A stretch of DNA of 63,708 bases, filler included, from Octopus bimaculoides (GCF_001194135.2; 5 parts of 5 records of this genome joined end to end with filler, not necessarily neighbours in it); one strand, 5' to 3'. Shown: positions 37,260-51,041, numbered from the whole stretch's first letter. Notes: generated from the sequence alone by a model not told the origin. A program made the numbers and translations.

Positions 37260-37272
37260 GTAATAATAATAA
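37193..37272. repeat. (TAA)n microsatellite
   Basis: Direct reading of the sequence. Confidence 0.95.
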
Positions 37273-37470
37273 TAATAATAATAGTAATAATAATGTTTAA
37301 GTAAACCTTTATATTCCCTGTTCGAATACCTCTTCACAAACACTCTGGTCGGGACGTGATATTTATTTTTCCACGCGCTCATTACTATTTCAAGTAATTC
37401 TGTCTCAAACTTCTCTATGAAATTCTGTGTCTCTTTATCTGGTTGTGTGTGTGTGTGTGTGAGGTGTGTT

Positions 37471-37549
<79 letters not shown>

Positions 37550-37669
37550 CATTATTCCTAAAGAAAAGGTCAGTAGGTTCGAAGTAATGTTGTAGTTATG
37601 GTGTATTATTATTTTTTCCTGTTATTTTTAGAAAAAACTACTTAAATCTGATTTTAATTATTGATAAAA

Positions 37670-37890
37670 GGTAAGTCGGCAAGGTAGCAGATATGTTAGC
37701 GCGTCGGGCGAAATGCTTTGCGGTATTTCATCTGTCTTTTCGTTCTGATTTCAATTTTCACCGAAGTCATCCTTTTGGGGGTCGATAAAATAAGTACCAG
37801 CTGAGTTCCGGGAGAAGGGGAGGAACGATGTCATCGATTTACCTCTTCAACTAAAATTGCTGGCCTTGTGCCAAGATTTGAAACCAATTA
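37670..37890 (+). mobile_element. SINE family A
   Basis: Contains gttagcgcgtcgggcgaaatgctttgcggtatttc..gtcgataaaataagtaccag..ggccttgtgccaagatttgaaacc. Confidence 0.8.
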
Positions 37891-38384
37891 CTATCGAACG
37901 TACAGTTTAGAAATTGAATAAAATCCTAGAAATGTTACATCAGGGATTATTATTTAATCTATTATTTAATATACATCAGGGATTATTTTATTAATCTACT
38001 GGTGTCTAGATTAAGTGGTGGCATCAAGATTCTCGGCTCCAGGGTTCGAAATCTCGTTTAGTATGACGTTCTTATTCATTCCTTGGTCAATCCTTAACGA
38101 GAAACACTAATACCAAAATCTTCCCATGTGACCATCCTGTCTGTATTTATTGTCTGCTACGTTATGCAGTGTATCATTTCCCTTTGAAGAGTGATGATCA
38201 CGTTTTTTTTTGCAATTCGTGAAGGTTGCGGAATCAGTAGAGAATCGGATAGAATGCCTTGTGGTATTTGTTTCGAGTCAGCGCGCTCTGAGTTCAAATT
38301 CCGCTAAATGTCGATGGTCAGCACTATAAAAAGCACCATGACAGGTAAATCAGGTAATTTGCATGGATAAATCAGCAACAACAT

Positions 38385-38720
38385 GATGAAGAAATAATAC
38401 TATTGGTGGCTAGAAATCTCCAAAACGTGGACAGAACAATAAGAGAATTCGAGAACAGAAAGAAGAACAATGAAGCGAACAGCTGGAGAGAGAAGGAATT
38501 ACGTGTCCAATTCATGCAACAAACCGAGAACGCTGGAAGTAAAAAATACCTTAAATGAAAAACTGAAATGCTAATTACAGCCGTTCAAGAACAAAGAAAT
38601 TAGGAAGAGTTTGATGAGGACAAAGGTAGACAAAACTCAGTCGCAAAACAAATGCGGAATATGTGTGAAAAAAGACAAAAGTATGAGCCATCTCTTGAAA
38701 CCGGAACGCAAACTTGGTTC
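38385..38720 (+). mobile_element. R4/Dong-like LINE fragment (region before the zinc knuckle)
   Basis: Decayed WREKELRVQFMQQ, KTEMLITAVQEQ and KVDKTQSQNKCGICVKKDKSMSHL, matching W.eK..hgQf / TE.li.AaQeQ / CrlC....et..H. Confidence 0.7.
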
Positions 38721-38728
38721 AGTTAAAG

Positions 38729-38958
38729 CAGTGGTTCTCAACAGGGGCCCATATGACCCTTGGGATTCACAGAAGATTTTGTTGTTAAAAATTATGTGCA
38801 ATAAACTGTTTTTACTTGTACAATATACAAAATATTTTAAGAATGTTTTATACAATTCCTAACAATATTTAATTATATAAATGTAATAAGAATCTTTAAA
38901 CATCAAATGGCTTTAGTAAAATAAGAACCAGACGGGTCCATATGGTTGAAAACCGCTG
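38729..38958. mobile_element. hAT-type MITE
   Basis: TIRs are cagtggttctcaac and gttgaaaaccgctg. No TSD is visible. Confidence 0.75.
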
Positions 38959-39064
38959 ACATGGAGTTTACTTTCACAACTCTCAACCCAATGCAGAAAA
39001 ATAATTAAATAAAAATCAGTGTAAAGGCATTTCTCTCTTGTTATCATCTAATTATGGTCTAACG

Positions 39065-39340
39065 CAGTGGTTCCCAACAGTGGTTCCTAACCATTTTATT
39101 TAAATGAATTTCCCCATGGACCCCTTTTAATATGCTTATCATTATATNNNNNNNNNNNNNNNNNNNNNNNNNNNNNNNNNNNNNNNNNNNNNNNNNNNNN
39201 NNNNNNNNNNNNNNNNNNNNNNNNNNNNNNNNNNNNNNNNNNNNNNNNNNNNNNNNNNNNNNNNNNNTATATATGTATGAAATTTTGAATTTCGTTCACA
39301 GACCACCAGGGGTCCGCGGACCCCAGGTTGGGAACCACTG
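39065..39340. mobile_element. hAT-type MITE with 8-bp TSD
   Basis: TIRs are cagtggttcccaac and gttgggaaccactg. Flanks are GTCTAACG and GCCTAACG (7 of 8 identical). Confidence 0.9.
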
Positions 39341-39541
39341 GCCTAACGCGTTTCAACTCTTTGATTTTGAGTCTACACGCACATATCCTCCCTCATACAT
39401 ATGCACGTATTATATGTATGTATTTATAATAAGCGAAGTGCTAGCTAGACAATATTTCCAAATTACTTATAGATATCATAAACTCTTCAATTCCCATAAC
39501 TTCAACGTTAGTTACTCATGCTTAGATAATATCATTTTCAG

Positions 39542-39587
39542 CATTGCACGCTAAAGCAGAAGCAAACACGCACCCATACAGCAACGA
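39542..39587 (+). CDS. Candidate 46-nt exon (xLHAKAEANTHPYSN)
   Basis: Acceptor atcattttcAG and donor GTAAGT are both good, and two frames are open. No family motif was recognised. Confidence 0.15.
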
Positions 39588-40398
39588 GTAAGTTTCGATG
39601 TCTTAGCACCTGCACATTGAGGTATGTGTGGCGTGTGGGATGGAATCCTGCCTCTCAAAATCGGTTGTCTATAGAACCAATCTCATACCATCCTATGACA
39701 TCATATGACTACACGAATATAACTAATAACTTTAAGACAGGATACATGCAACATATGCATGCCTTCTGGCGTAGGGACAGTGAACAATTTTCATCCCTTT
39801 CCCACTTCATCTAGAGGGTACTTGACAGCGTACCTCCTTATTCCCCTGGAATTCGTACCCACCAACTTTTTCCCCGTGAGAAACTGCACTTACTCATCCA
39901 GCTTGTTACATACACCAAAACGAAAACTAAACTATTCTTGTTACCAGAGGTACCAACGTTGGTATGAACAGCCAATTCATTGGCCGTTGATAAACCTAGC
40001 GAGCGATTACAGTCTGCTATCACTAGGCAGCTATGCTACTCACACAAACTCATCCAACTTTGTTATCACACTACATGGTAAATATTATTAAAGTGTCACA
40101 CCCTGATATTTGCCCAACAAGTGACGCCAAATAAGAAGTGACGTCACTTAATATTGCACGTTGCAGAATGCCAAGTACCTGATCCGGCAACCTATCTACT
40201 GTACCACTTCGGAAATTCAATCAAAGAATAGAGATTTCTAAGAGAGATAAACAATCAGGTGACTTGAACTAACCAATGACGGCTTAAATCACAACGCAGA
40301 AGTCATTTTAAATTTCTTTTAAATTCTTTTTACATCTGACGAGGTGGATATGTTCTACAGCCACGGAACTTTAAATAATATGGGGCTGCTTCAAACGT

Positions 40399-40448
<50 letters not shown>

Positions 40449-40656
40449 TGTGTGTGTGTTTGTGTGTGTATGTGTGTGCGTGCAGATATTCTGGTCGTAT
40501 CTTTGTCGATATGATTAATACTGAAAGGTGATGGTGAGATGTCGTGCAGACATAGTGCNNNNNNNNNNATGGTGAGATGTCGTGCAGACATAGTGCGTAA
40601 GAAGCCCGTAGAGTGACCTTAGAGAAGAAGAAAGAGCGAGCGAGCGAGAGAGAGAT

Positions 40657-40715
<59 letters not shown>

Positions 40716-41435
40716 GACAGACAGACAGAGAGGAGAAAGAAAAGTGGGTGAAAGAGAAGAGTATAAAGAGAAATGAGATTATGTGTGTTTCATTCTTTTC
40801 TCAAATCTGTAAAAATGTAAAAAAAATAAAAGAGAAATCTAAAACCAAATCTCCGTTCTAGTAAATACAATGGCTTATTGTATGCGATAGAGCCACCCCA
40901 TATAAACGGGGCAATCTTTCTGCCATCTTTTATCCTAAACACTATGATATCACTAGTTACACAATCGAACGCTTCCATTAGTCACAATATACTGGTTGTA
41001 TTCAGTGATAATGCCCTGCATTTAACAGATAGTTATTTTTATTCTTAATGGGGTCGTTTGACAAATCGATCTAAAATCGATGTTTAATCCTGGTGGCCTT
41101 ATATGTCATTTCCTTATCCTAATACACTCGCCGCCACCCACACCATTTCATCCATCATCAGCACCATCACCACAAACACCACCACCATCGCCCCCCCACC
41201 CTCGTCACTTCCGCTGCCATGTTAACCCTCATCAACTTATTCACTGCCAGCATCAGAACCCTTACCAACTCCCCTACTTCTGAATCACTCATCTACCCCA
41301 ACCACACAACCATCACCAACGTCACTGTAAACAACATTGGCAATGGTAACAACAACAATTTAATACCACCACCACCACCACCACCACCACTGCTGCCGCC
41401 GCCACCTCCATTGTCTCCTTTATAATCTTTTATCG

Positions 41436-41840
41436 TTTACTTGCTTCAGTCATTAGACTGTGGCCATGCTGGGGCACACAACCTTGAAATTTTAGTTCCA
41501 TGAATCGACCTCAGGGCTTATTTTTTAGAGCCCGGTACTTATTCTATTGGTCTCTTTTGCCGAATCGCTAAGTTACAGGGATGTAAACACACCAATATCG
41601 GTTATCAAGCGGTGGTGCGAGACAAACATATGCACATGCACACGCGCGCGCACACACGCACACACATATATTTATATATATGACGGGCTTCTTTTTCAGT
41701 TTCCGTCTGCCAAATCCATTCACAAGGTTTTGACCGGCCTGGTGGTATAGTAGGAAAGACTTACCTACTTGCAGTGGGACTGAATCTAGAGCCACGTAGT
41801 TGGGAAGCAAGCTTCTTACCACACAGCTAGGCCGGCGCCT
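41436..41840 (-). mobile_element. Complete SINE family B (head, internal microsatellite, tail)
   Basis: Head is about 41680-41840, the CA/TA tract about 41625-41680 and the tail about 41436-41620. Confidence 0.85.
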
Positions 41841-42105
41841 ATAATCATCTCCAGTTACCTTTTCCCATTATTACTACTATCTCCACCACAACAACTATAA
41901 CTGACATTACAACCACCATCCTTACCTTAATTACCAAGTCGACCTTGTGGTGGTGGTGGTGGCGGTGGCGGTGGTGNNNNNNNNNNNNNNNNNNNNNNNN
42001 NNNNGGTGCCGGTTGAAACAACGAAAATAACAAAGACCAGTGTCTCATCTACAAAGTTTTCAAAGCATAATTCCCCCTTCACCACCACAATCACCACCAT
42101 CACCG

Positions 42106-42174
<69 letters not shown>

Positions 42175-43756
42175 GTGTATTCATTCATTGATAATGAGGA
42201 ATGAATTTATTCATGTAAAAATGAAAAACGAAGAAATAGTTAAATGAAGATCTCCGTTGCTTATTCTTTACTTAGCAACGGAACTTTGAACATTTTGAAG
42301 AAATCCAGTAAAATCTAAGAACTAGTTCCAACTCTACATATGTCTTCACGTCACCATCAGCAACCATTCCCAACAATGTCAATCGCATTATTTCCAGGAT
42401 TTAAATTTCTGTGAGTCTTTGGCCTCTACGAAGTAAAGGTCTGCTAGAAAGTTCTGTTAATGGCATTATTTCTGGAAGTCACCGTTAATTACATCCTATT
42501 AAAGAGATAAGTGTGATTCTTTAAATGAATGATGAGGTTCTAAGTAGAATCTACTTTCTGTGAATTTGTAGAAGTGGTCTTTGAATTGTACTTTCTCAAA
42601 TGAGCTCGAAAGATTCTGACAGAAACATGAAAAACTCCAAAAAGTGTTCTTTGTGCTGCCGTTAGAGTATGAATTAAAAGACCAAATTAGAACTGTGCCA
42701 TTTCTTTGTCGTTAAATGTTTCTTTCGTTTCATAGAATTGGTTTATTGTTTATCATTACAGTAGAGTTGATTGTGATGAAAGCAATGCTGTGTTGGTTGA
42801 TGAGAACGGCTTTCATAGTTGATAATCTCCCCATCCAGGTCAAAATGATGAAATGGACAAGTGGGTTCGTTTCTATAGCAATGCAGTCAAGTATTTGGTA
42901 AAGGAAGTAACACAAGAGATTTGGTATGGCGACATATTGAACACTTTCTTTCTGAATTCACATATGTCCTATAAACACTAACACGCACACACGGACACAC
43001 GCACACACACGCATGCGCGCACACATACATACACACACGCATGCACGGATTCTCAAAAACATCCATGCTTGTTGCCATTCCTTTGCGCAGGTCTCTTTAA
43101 CACACGCTAACATCTTTTTAAAAAGCATGTGTATACTCCTCCTCTCTTCCACTCTCTCTCTCTCACACAAACACATACATACACACACATACGCACGCAC
43201 GCACACACACACACACACGCGCGCACACACACATACGCACGCACACACACGCGCTCGTGCGCTCGCGCTCAAATACACACAATTCGCACATACTCTCTTC
43301 ACTCTTCTCTCTAACAGATGCACATACACACACTCATGAACGCACGCAACGAACGAACGCACACACAAACACACACACACGCGCACACACACGCACACAC
43401 ACACACAGACACACACACAAAATACATACTAATTATTACTTACCTCAGCAATTTCTCCATAATTATTTCCGTCGTGATCTAATTTCCTTGAAAGGAATTC
43501 CCAGACAGAATTTCAAAAAAACTTAAATAATTGCCGATTAAATTATTGCCCAATAATTTATTGATACTACTTGCTTCGATGTCCCAGTGGTGGAGCTTCG
43601 ATTTGAATGATTACTGCCATATTCAAACATAATGAGAATCAGTAGACCATCCAATTCAAAATTATGCGCGCTCTTCTATAAAATAAAACGACCCGTATTT
43701 TTTTCATATAAATAACAGGATGCCTTATACTTTTACTGAAGCGATCGTGTGAGGTA

Positions 43757-44125
43757 CAGTAGAACCTCGCAGTACGAGTACACCATTGTACGAGTAATTT
43801 ACTGTACGAGTGCGAATTTTTGTCTTGAAATGCGATCGGAAAACCGCAGTACGACCACACATCACATTCAGTTAATAAAACCAGTTTACATATTTCTTTT
43901 GCATTCTCTTGTTTTATAAATGTCATTTTGCATATACCTACACCTTTTCGGTTTTAAAACCCATAAAAAATTATTTTGGAGTGTTTTTTTTTGGGGGGGG
44001 GGGGCCGAACGGATTAATTATATTTCAGTTAATTTCAATTGAGAGAAACTGATTTGTAAAACGAGTAAATCGTTAGAAGAGCTCGGTCATGGAACGAATT
44101 AAACTCGTACTGCGAGGTAACACTG
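43757..44125. mobile_element. pogo/Tigger-type MITE
   Basis: TIRs cagtagaacctcgcagtacgagt and actcgtactgcgaggtaacactg are flanked by TA on both sides. Confidence 0.9.
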
Positions 44126-44329
44126 TATTTTCTTTTTCTAACTCTGACGCTCAGAGGAAGGGTAAGGAAAAAAAATCACAGCTCTAAAATTTACTAAACT
44201 CTCCTATGATTCACAGAGTCCAACTTCAGATTCCCCTGATGAGGAAGAAGAAAGCTGGAAATGTAGACATTATTTAGACTCAAATCTACAAAATAACGCA
44301 TATATATTACCAGTATTCGTTATTGTATC

Positions 44330-44470
44330 GGAGAGCTGGCAAAATTCGTTAACGCCTCGGACAAACTACTTAACGGGATTTCTTTCGACTTTTTACATTC
44401 CAAGTTAACATTCTTCCGCGGTCTGCTTTACCTTTCATCCTTTCGGGGTCGACGAAATAAAGTCCGAGTC
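44330..44470 (+). mobile_element. SINE family A, degenerate
   Basis: Contains ggagagctggc..tttcatcctttcggggtcgacgaaataaag. Confidence 0.7.
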
Positions 44471-44673
44471 AAGTATTCATACATATTTTTATTGACAAGT
44501 ATGGATGCATAAATGATAGTGAGTAAATAATTACATGCTGTTATTTAATAGCTTTATGCGCTTCGTGATCCACTATTCCCAAAAGAAATTTATTTTACGT
44601 TTTCTCAAAAGTTTATGATTATACATACATACATATACGTACATGCAGAGAGAGAGAGAGAGATAGATAGAGA

Positions 44674-44723
<50 letters not shown>

Positions 44724-44930
44724 GATAGATAGAGAGAGAGAGAGATAGAGAGAGAGAGAGATGGGGGTCAGAAAATAGAGGAAAACAACAAACAGAAGTG
44801 TATATTTGGTTATAAAAAGTCATTATTTAATTAGTTAAGCAATGTGAAGGTAAGAGTGAGTTTACGGAGGTAATTACCAGGAGTGCCTCTAGATAATTCT
44901 ATCCCTTAGAGGGCTTAACACCTCTAACTT

Positions 44931-44986
<56 letters not shown>

Positions 44987-45954
44987 TACATATATATTTA
45001 TAAACCTGCCTGTTTACAGATATATAGGTGTGTGGGAGTAAAACTTGAAAGTTGATAGGATGTCAATATAAGCTACCTATTGAAAAGAAATGAAATTATA
45101 TGAATGCAAAGTTCATTTCAATATGTGTTATCTATCGCAATAAAGCAAATAAGAGACGAGACAAATAAATAGAGCTGTTCTAACAAAAGCAGATAATTCT
45201 GACAGAATAAGGAAGTTAGGTAGCCAATGTTTTTATTTGTTCATGGTAACAACTGTTTGATACACTGATCACATTATGTTCACGCCATTAAACACTGTAC
45301 GCTTTCCAAACGTTAACCACAGCTTTTTGCTATTCAACGTGCTTTTGTGATTAAATCATAACACGTTAAGAAGATATTAGTCGACCTTTCTGACGTTATA
45401 GCTCTCTGTAAGGGAGACAATCGAAATGGAAATAAAGGCGAGTAATCAAGCCTGACGATTAGAATTAATTCTTAAGCATCCATTTCTTTGAATCTGCTTC
45501 TATTTGGAAAGAAGATTGACTCCTGGCTTATAGCAACGGGAGTTATATTATTTGTTGATTATTAAATATATTTCTATTGTTCATTAAGAGTACCATAGAA
45601 ACTAATACTCCTTTCCACGAAGCCAAGAATATTTCGCTTCATACCGAATGATTTTCTGTGTTCTGTCAGCCCTGAACGCTAATTTCGTTTATGTATTATG
45701 GCCACCATAAACATGAAATGCTGGAAGGCTGAATGTAAAATTAATTACCAAACAATACAGGAATTGGAACTGGACTTTTTCTTGGATTTATTGAGTAGCA
45801 ACAAATGTATGATGCTTTGAAACCAACATTTAGTTCATCGAGCGTGTGTGTGTGTGTGTGTGTGTAATCTTAACTGGAGTCAGTACACAAGTACAGAAAA
45901 CACATCTGCCTCGTGTGTAGGTAAAAGTGCAATTAACTGTGGACGTTTGGTAAA

Positions 45955-46640
45955 TACTGGTTTCAATTTTTGGCAGAAGGCCAGCAATTTCAGGGCGAGG
46001 CTAAGTCGATTACATCGAACCCAATGTTCAACTGGTACTTAATTCATCGACCGTGAAAGGATGAAAAGCAAAGTCGGCGGAATTTGAACTCAGAACATAA
46101 AGACAGACAAAATACCGCTAAGCATTTCGCGCGGCGTGCTAACGTTTCTGCCAGCTCGCCGCCTTAAAAATTCTTTTCTACTCCAGGAACAAGGCCTGAA
46201 AATTTCGGGGAGGGAGCTAGTCGATTAGATAGATCGACTCCAGTACGCAACTGATACTTAATTTATCGACTCCGAAAGGATGAAAGGCAAAATCGATCTC
46301 GTCGGAATTTGAACCCAGAACGTAAAGACAGACGAAATACCGCTAAGCATTTCGCCCGGCGTGCTAACGTTTCTTATTTCTTTACTGCCCACAAGGGGCT
46401 ACACACNNNNNNNNNNNNNNNNNNNNNNNNNNNNNNNNNNNNNNNNNNNNNNNNNGGGGGGGACAAACAAGGACAGACAAACAGATTAAGTCGATTATAT
46501 CGACCCTAGTGCGGAACTGATACTTATTTAATCGACCCCAAATGGATGAAAGGCAAAGTCGACCTCGGCAGAATTTGAACTCAGAACGTGGCGGCAGACG
46601 AAATACCGCTGAGCATTTCGCTCGGCGTCCTAACGTATCT
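45955..46640 (-). mobile_element. Three head-to-tail SINE family A copies
   Basis: The core repeats at about 46050-46165, 46270-46375 and 46535-46640. Confidence 0.9.
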
Positions 46641-47174
46641 GCCAGCTCGCCACCTTAAGTTTGGTAAATATTACAAATATAATGCTTCGGTCACATATAT
46701 CAGTCTCTCGTCTTCCACTCCTAAAATACTTAGAATACTGTTCAAAATCACACACACACACACACACACAAGGGGTGTGGGGTATAGAAACAACAAGCAG
46801 AATGTGAGATTGTCATTAATCAAAAAAGTAGCAAACCGTATTGACTCGTGGATCAATGCCTCATTCGTTTAATTGTCTGATTCTTTATTGTATATCGACG
46901 AATCCACACAGTCCGACAATAACAATATCAGCAAAATCAAACATCATCAACAACAACAACAACAACAACATTAAAATAATATTTAAACAAAAATATTCCT
47001 TAGTTTTTCGAATTCATGTTTTGATAGAAAACAGCATTCGGAGATATAAACCGTCCTGTTTTGACACTGCAATAAAATGCGTATTGAATGAAACTCCTTT
47101 GTTTTCATCAATGCATTGTTTCGTTGTTCTTTCAATGGTTCTTTTTCCTTATCTGCCAACATACAAATGCCCCT

Positions 47175-47250
47175 TCTCCCCATCGCACCGCTCTCCCCAT
47201 CGCACCGCTCTCCCCATCGCACCGCTCTCCCCATCGCACCGCTCTCCCCA
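47175..47250. repeat. 17-bp minisatellite (CTCCCCATCGCACCGCT) x4 plus a partial copy
   Basis: Perfect GC-rich tandem copies. Confidence 0.95.
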
Positions 47251-49029
47251 CTCGGGTATAGATTTATTTATTCAACACAATTAACAAGTGTAAATCCAAT
47301 AAGTTCTATTAAACTTTCTATGATATCATTATTGACAAAACCATAAATTCAAAGAAAGAAACTGATTTTCTCAATGGACCACTAAACCGACACAGCCAAC
47401 CTGCTGCTTGTCCTCACAGTTCGAATTTGATTTTATTCTATTTTGCTATTTTTTAAAAAATATATTGTGTTGCGAATGTTTATTAATATTTAAGTAAAAC
47501 TGGCGACCGACAACGTTTAGTAAGAATTGTCTTCTTCACTCACCGTATTCGCAACAGACTGTTGTTTTACTGATTCCAAACCATTCTTTGAAAGACATTA
47601 GTCATTCTGGAGAGAAATGCATTAAGGCCACACAATCATTTCCTTTTCCGCTGCACATTGTTTCACCTTTTATTCAGGAAGGGAGGAAGCGCCTATCACC
47701 ATTCACGGAGCTTCTGAAACTGATAGGAGGGTGGGAGGGATCTTAGGAGGAGTCCTCAAACCAGAAACCTGACCCTTGTGCAACAACAGGTTGTGTCCTG
47801 AAATAGAAACCCAGGATACCAAGAAATGATGTTAAACCGGGCGACAGACTAAGGCCATGGTCGCATTTGAACTCAGAGCGCAAAGAGTCACCGAGCATGT
47901 TTACAGTTCCGCCAAACCACCGCCTTAGATTGTAACTTCATTCTATCAACTGCGAAACAACGACAGTCAAAAGTGACCTTGGAAGAACTGAACTCAGAAT
48001 ACCGACTACCAGAACAAAAGGCGCGAAGCCTTTACAACTCGACGCCATTTTAAACCTGGGACACAAGTAAAGAAATCCTGAATCATAAACACTAGAAGAT
48101 AATGATCAAGTAGATGAGGGAATAGCAAGTATTAGAATATGGAGGGGGTACAACAGGCAATGGCCCTGTGGATGAGGCACTACGATACAATCATATATAC
48201 TTCACAATCAGCCGAGAGATCGCAAGTTCGCTTTTTGTTCCCGGTAGCACTTACGTTTCATCTCTGCCAATTGTCCGAACCTACTCCACACCCTAAACTT
48301 TAACATAGACATAGAATTCCCTTTCCCAGTGAGGTCTTTAATCCAACCAACTTGTGATGGTTAATCAATACTCTTGGTTTCGCATCTTGTAACCAGCAAT
48401 TCACCCTCTATCACCTTAGTTTCAGTCATGTTCCATATTCTGACAGTAATATTAACGGTGCACTCAGCCACTGTCCTTCTGTTAGCACAAGAACCGAAAC
48501 AGAAGTGGCCAAACTTGCTATTCTGAGGAGAGCGACAAGGGAGAAAGTTTCATTTGAAATCCCACAAAAGTGCAGGATGGAGTGGTTCTTCGTCGCTCAA
48601 CGATAATGATCCAGTCGTTTGATCAACGGAATTACCTTCCCTTGATCTAACACATTAGTAGCTGAGTATTCCGCAGATCTGTATAACCTAAACGTAATTC
48701 TCGGCAACAATCAACATGATACAGTGTATGACAAGGGCAGACCTTTTTAGTTACAAGTACAATCCCATTTGTCGGCTTCTGTACTGTTTCCATTTACTCA
48801 TTTTCACTCACAAGACATATGTTCAGCCAAGACTACAGCAAATAACTTGTGCTTTAGATACCGTACAGTTGGATCGAACTTGAGACCACGTGCTTGCATT
48901 GTGAACTTCCTCACCACTCGGCTTTACTGCTTCCCCACCAAATTTAACCTACGATAGATCGCTTGATGTGGAGATGGTTCGAGAAAGATTTTCTCGGAAA
49001 CACGAAAGTCTGTCATACTCTAAAAAATA

Positions 49030-49260
49030 ACAAAAAGTTCAGTGCGCGCGCTCCTCCTTGATAGTTCGAACGCTTGTACCACCAGACAGCTGGTTGGCTC
49101 TGGTTGCTGGAGCTGAAATTGACACCACTCTGTTGGAAGGTAGGTCTAGAGAGGGCGCGGGCCAAAACTACGCGCCCTTCCGCTCCATTGGTCAGTTGAA
49201 GCTTAGATTGTGTCACGTGACAGTTAGCCGGCGCTGGTTATTGGAGCCTACCGGTAAGTA
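49030..49260 (+). promoter_or_regulatory. CpG-rich promoter-like segment followed by a consensus splice donor
   Basis: It has many CpGs, the palindromic E-box TGTCACGTGACA (49211-49222), inverted CCAAT boxes at 49187 and 49240, and CCG|GTAAGT at 49253/49254. Confidence 0.35.
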
Positions 49261-50239
49261 TTTGAGGGAAAATTTGGAAGGGTAGTCATTCTCCCGTTGA
49301 CATTCGTTGATGGTGCATCGAGGACACCAAAGAAAAAAGAAAAAACACACTCAGCACCGAAGCTGAAGACACCTCCGAAAGGGGGCCGGTACGTCTAAAA
49401 CGGTAGAGAAGTAGGGGCCGAAATAGGACGTGATTCCTCCTAACGATGTCCTTAGCCTCTAGATCCTATGAAAGAGCTGTTGAGGTAACGAACCACGAAA
49501 CGTTGTTGGAATTCCTGGCTTAGTTTCATAAAGAGAAACTTCAGCAATTTTCTATGTTAAAGATGAGTTTAGGTATGTGTCTGGGGTGGGGGTGAGGGTT
49601 GTTAACGAGGTGTAAGATATATGTCTTTTGATAAAAAGGGGATGATAGGAGAGAGAAAAAAAATAAGGTTAGTTTTGGAAAGTTTGTTGATAGAAATGTA
49701 TTTGTTTTTTATATTGGTTTGGGAGGGGAAGTTGGGGGAGATCATGCTAGCTCACATATATACTTGCCTACATATAAACATACAAAAAAATATATACATA
49801 CATATATATATATATGTATATATACATATACACACATACATATACATACATATACATACATATATACATATATATATATACATACATATATACACACGCA
49901 TATATATACATACATACACACATATGTATTCATATACATACATACACACACATATGCATGCATATATATACATACACACATGCATATATACATACATATG
50001 CATACACACAGATATACTTACATATGCATATATATATATACATACACATACATACATACACAGATATGCGCGTGTGTGTGTGTATTATCAACATGAAATG
50101 CTAGCGAACAGAATATTTCACTACAAAAGAAACACCCCTATCCCAATTGGGATTTCATTTTTAAGACAATGTGCCACCCATCAAATGAAAGAAGAAAAAA
50201 GAAACAAACACCACTCTTCAAGCGACACTTGACGAAGAA

Positions 50240-50420
50240 AGCCCACAGGCACCAAAAATAATCAACATGTCAGCCAAGAAATTAACACAACAGAAAATGA
50301 AGCTGTTAAAAAACGGACTGAAGTTTACACCCAACCCGAAAGCAGACGAAACCGATCTTATAAAAGATGCAGAAGATTTTTGTCGAAAATTACGTCTAGG
50401 AGAATTCTTCAGGAATAGAG
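50240..50420 (+). mobile_element. Penelope-like element, N-terminal ORF fragment
   Basis: PKIINMSAKKLTQQKMKLLKNGLKFTPNPKADETDLIKDAEDFCRKLRLGEFF matches the PLE vNlS..Lt..e..lL.kGLkF.P.P / F.RklrL.efF motif. Confidence 0.8.
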
Positions 50421-50559
50421 AATGCGAGTACTGCATTAACTTTGAATATCCTTGTTGCTTATTTATATANNNNNNNNNNNNNNNNNNNNNNNNATATATA
50501 TAATACAAAGAATATATATACATGTATACACACATATATGTACATACTTACATCTACAT

Positions 50560-50700
50560 GTGTATATACATGCATATCAGGGTACAGGACGTTAGAACAA
50601 TAAACTACAGACAACGGAACGAACATATAGGAAAACGGAAAGCCACTTGGAATATCCTTTCATCAGCTGTCTCTATTCTATCTAGACGTTTCGAAGATAA
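50560..50700 (-). repeat. Short gggtacagga-family repeat abutting (TA)n; related copies at about 2930-3062 and 33200-33360
   Basis: Copies share tgcatat..gggtacagga..aaaacg; the 2930 and 50560 copies also share ..ttcatca(g/a)ctg..cgtttcga. Confidence 0.65.
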
Positions 50701-50962
50701 TATATATATATATACGAACGTAATACATGAACATTGACTAATTAATTGTTCGGTAACGGATAGTGTTCTCAGCCACATTCCCACAAAGACAAACTATTTT
50801 TATAACAACGGCCAGAATAGACATAATTCTCGACACACCTCCATACACTATGTACTTTCCAAAATCTAATGGGAAATCGGTAAAGTTTATTCCTATATAT
50901 ATGTGTGTGTGTGTGTGTACGTACATATATATTCATATATATATAGATATTCACAAGCATAC

Positions 50963-51041
<79 letters not shown>

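Noticed and set aside
42398-42410. 13-nt micro-exon candidate with good AG and GTGAGT
   Set aside because: Such pairs are expected by chance in 60 kb, and there is no coding context.
44236-44282. CTGATGA..GAAA-TGTAGACAT-T hammerhead-like order
   Set aside because: Helix II and proximal helix I do not pair; at best a badly decayed relic.
49363-49400. CTGAAGA plus hairpin plus GGTACGTC as a hammerhead
   Set aside because: The GAAA core is missing in the right place and helix I fails in both registers tried.
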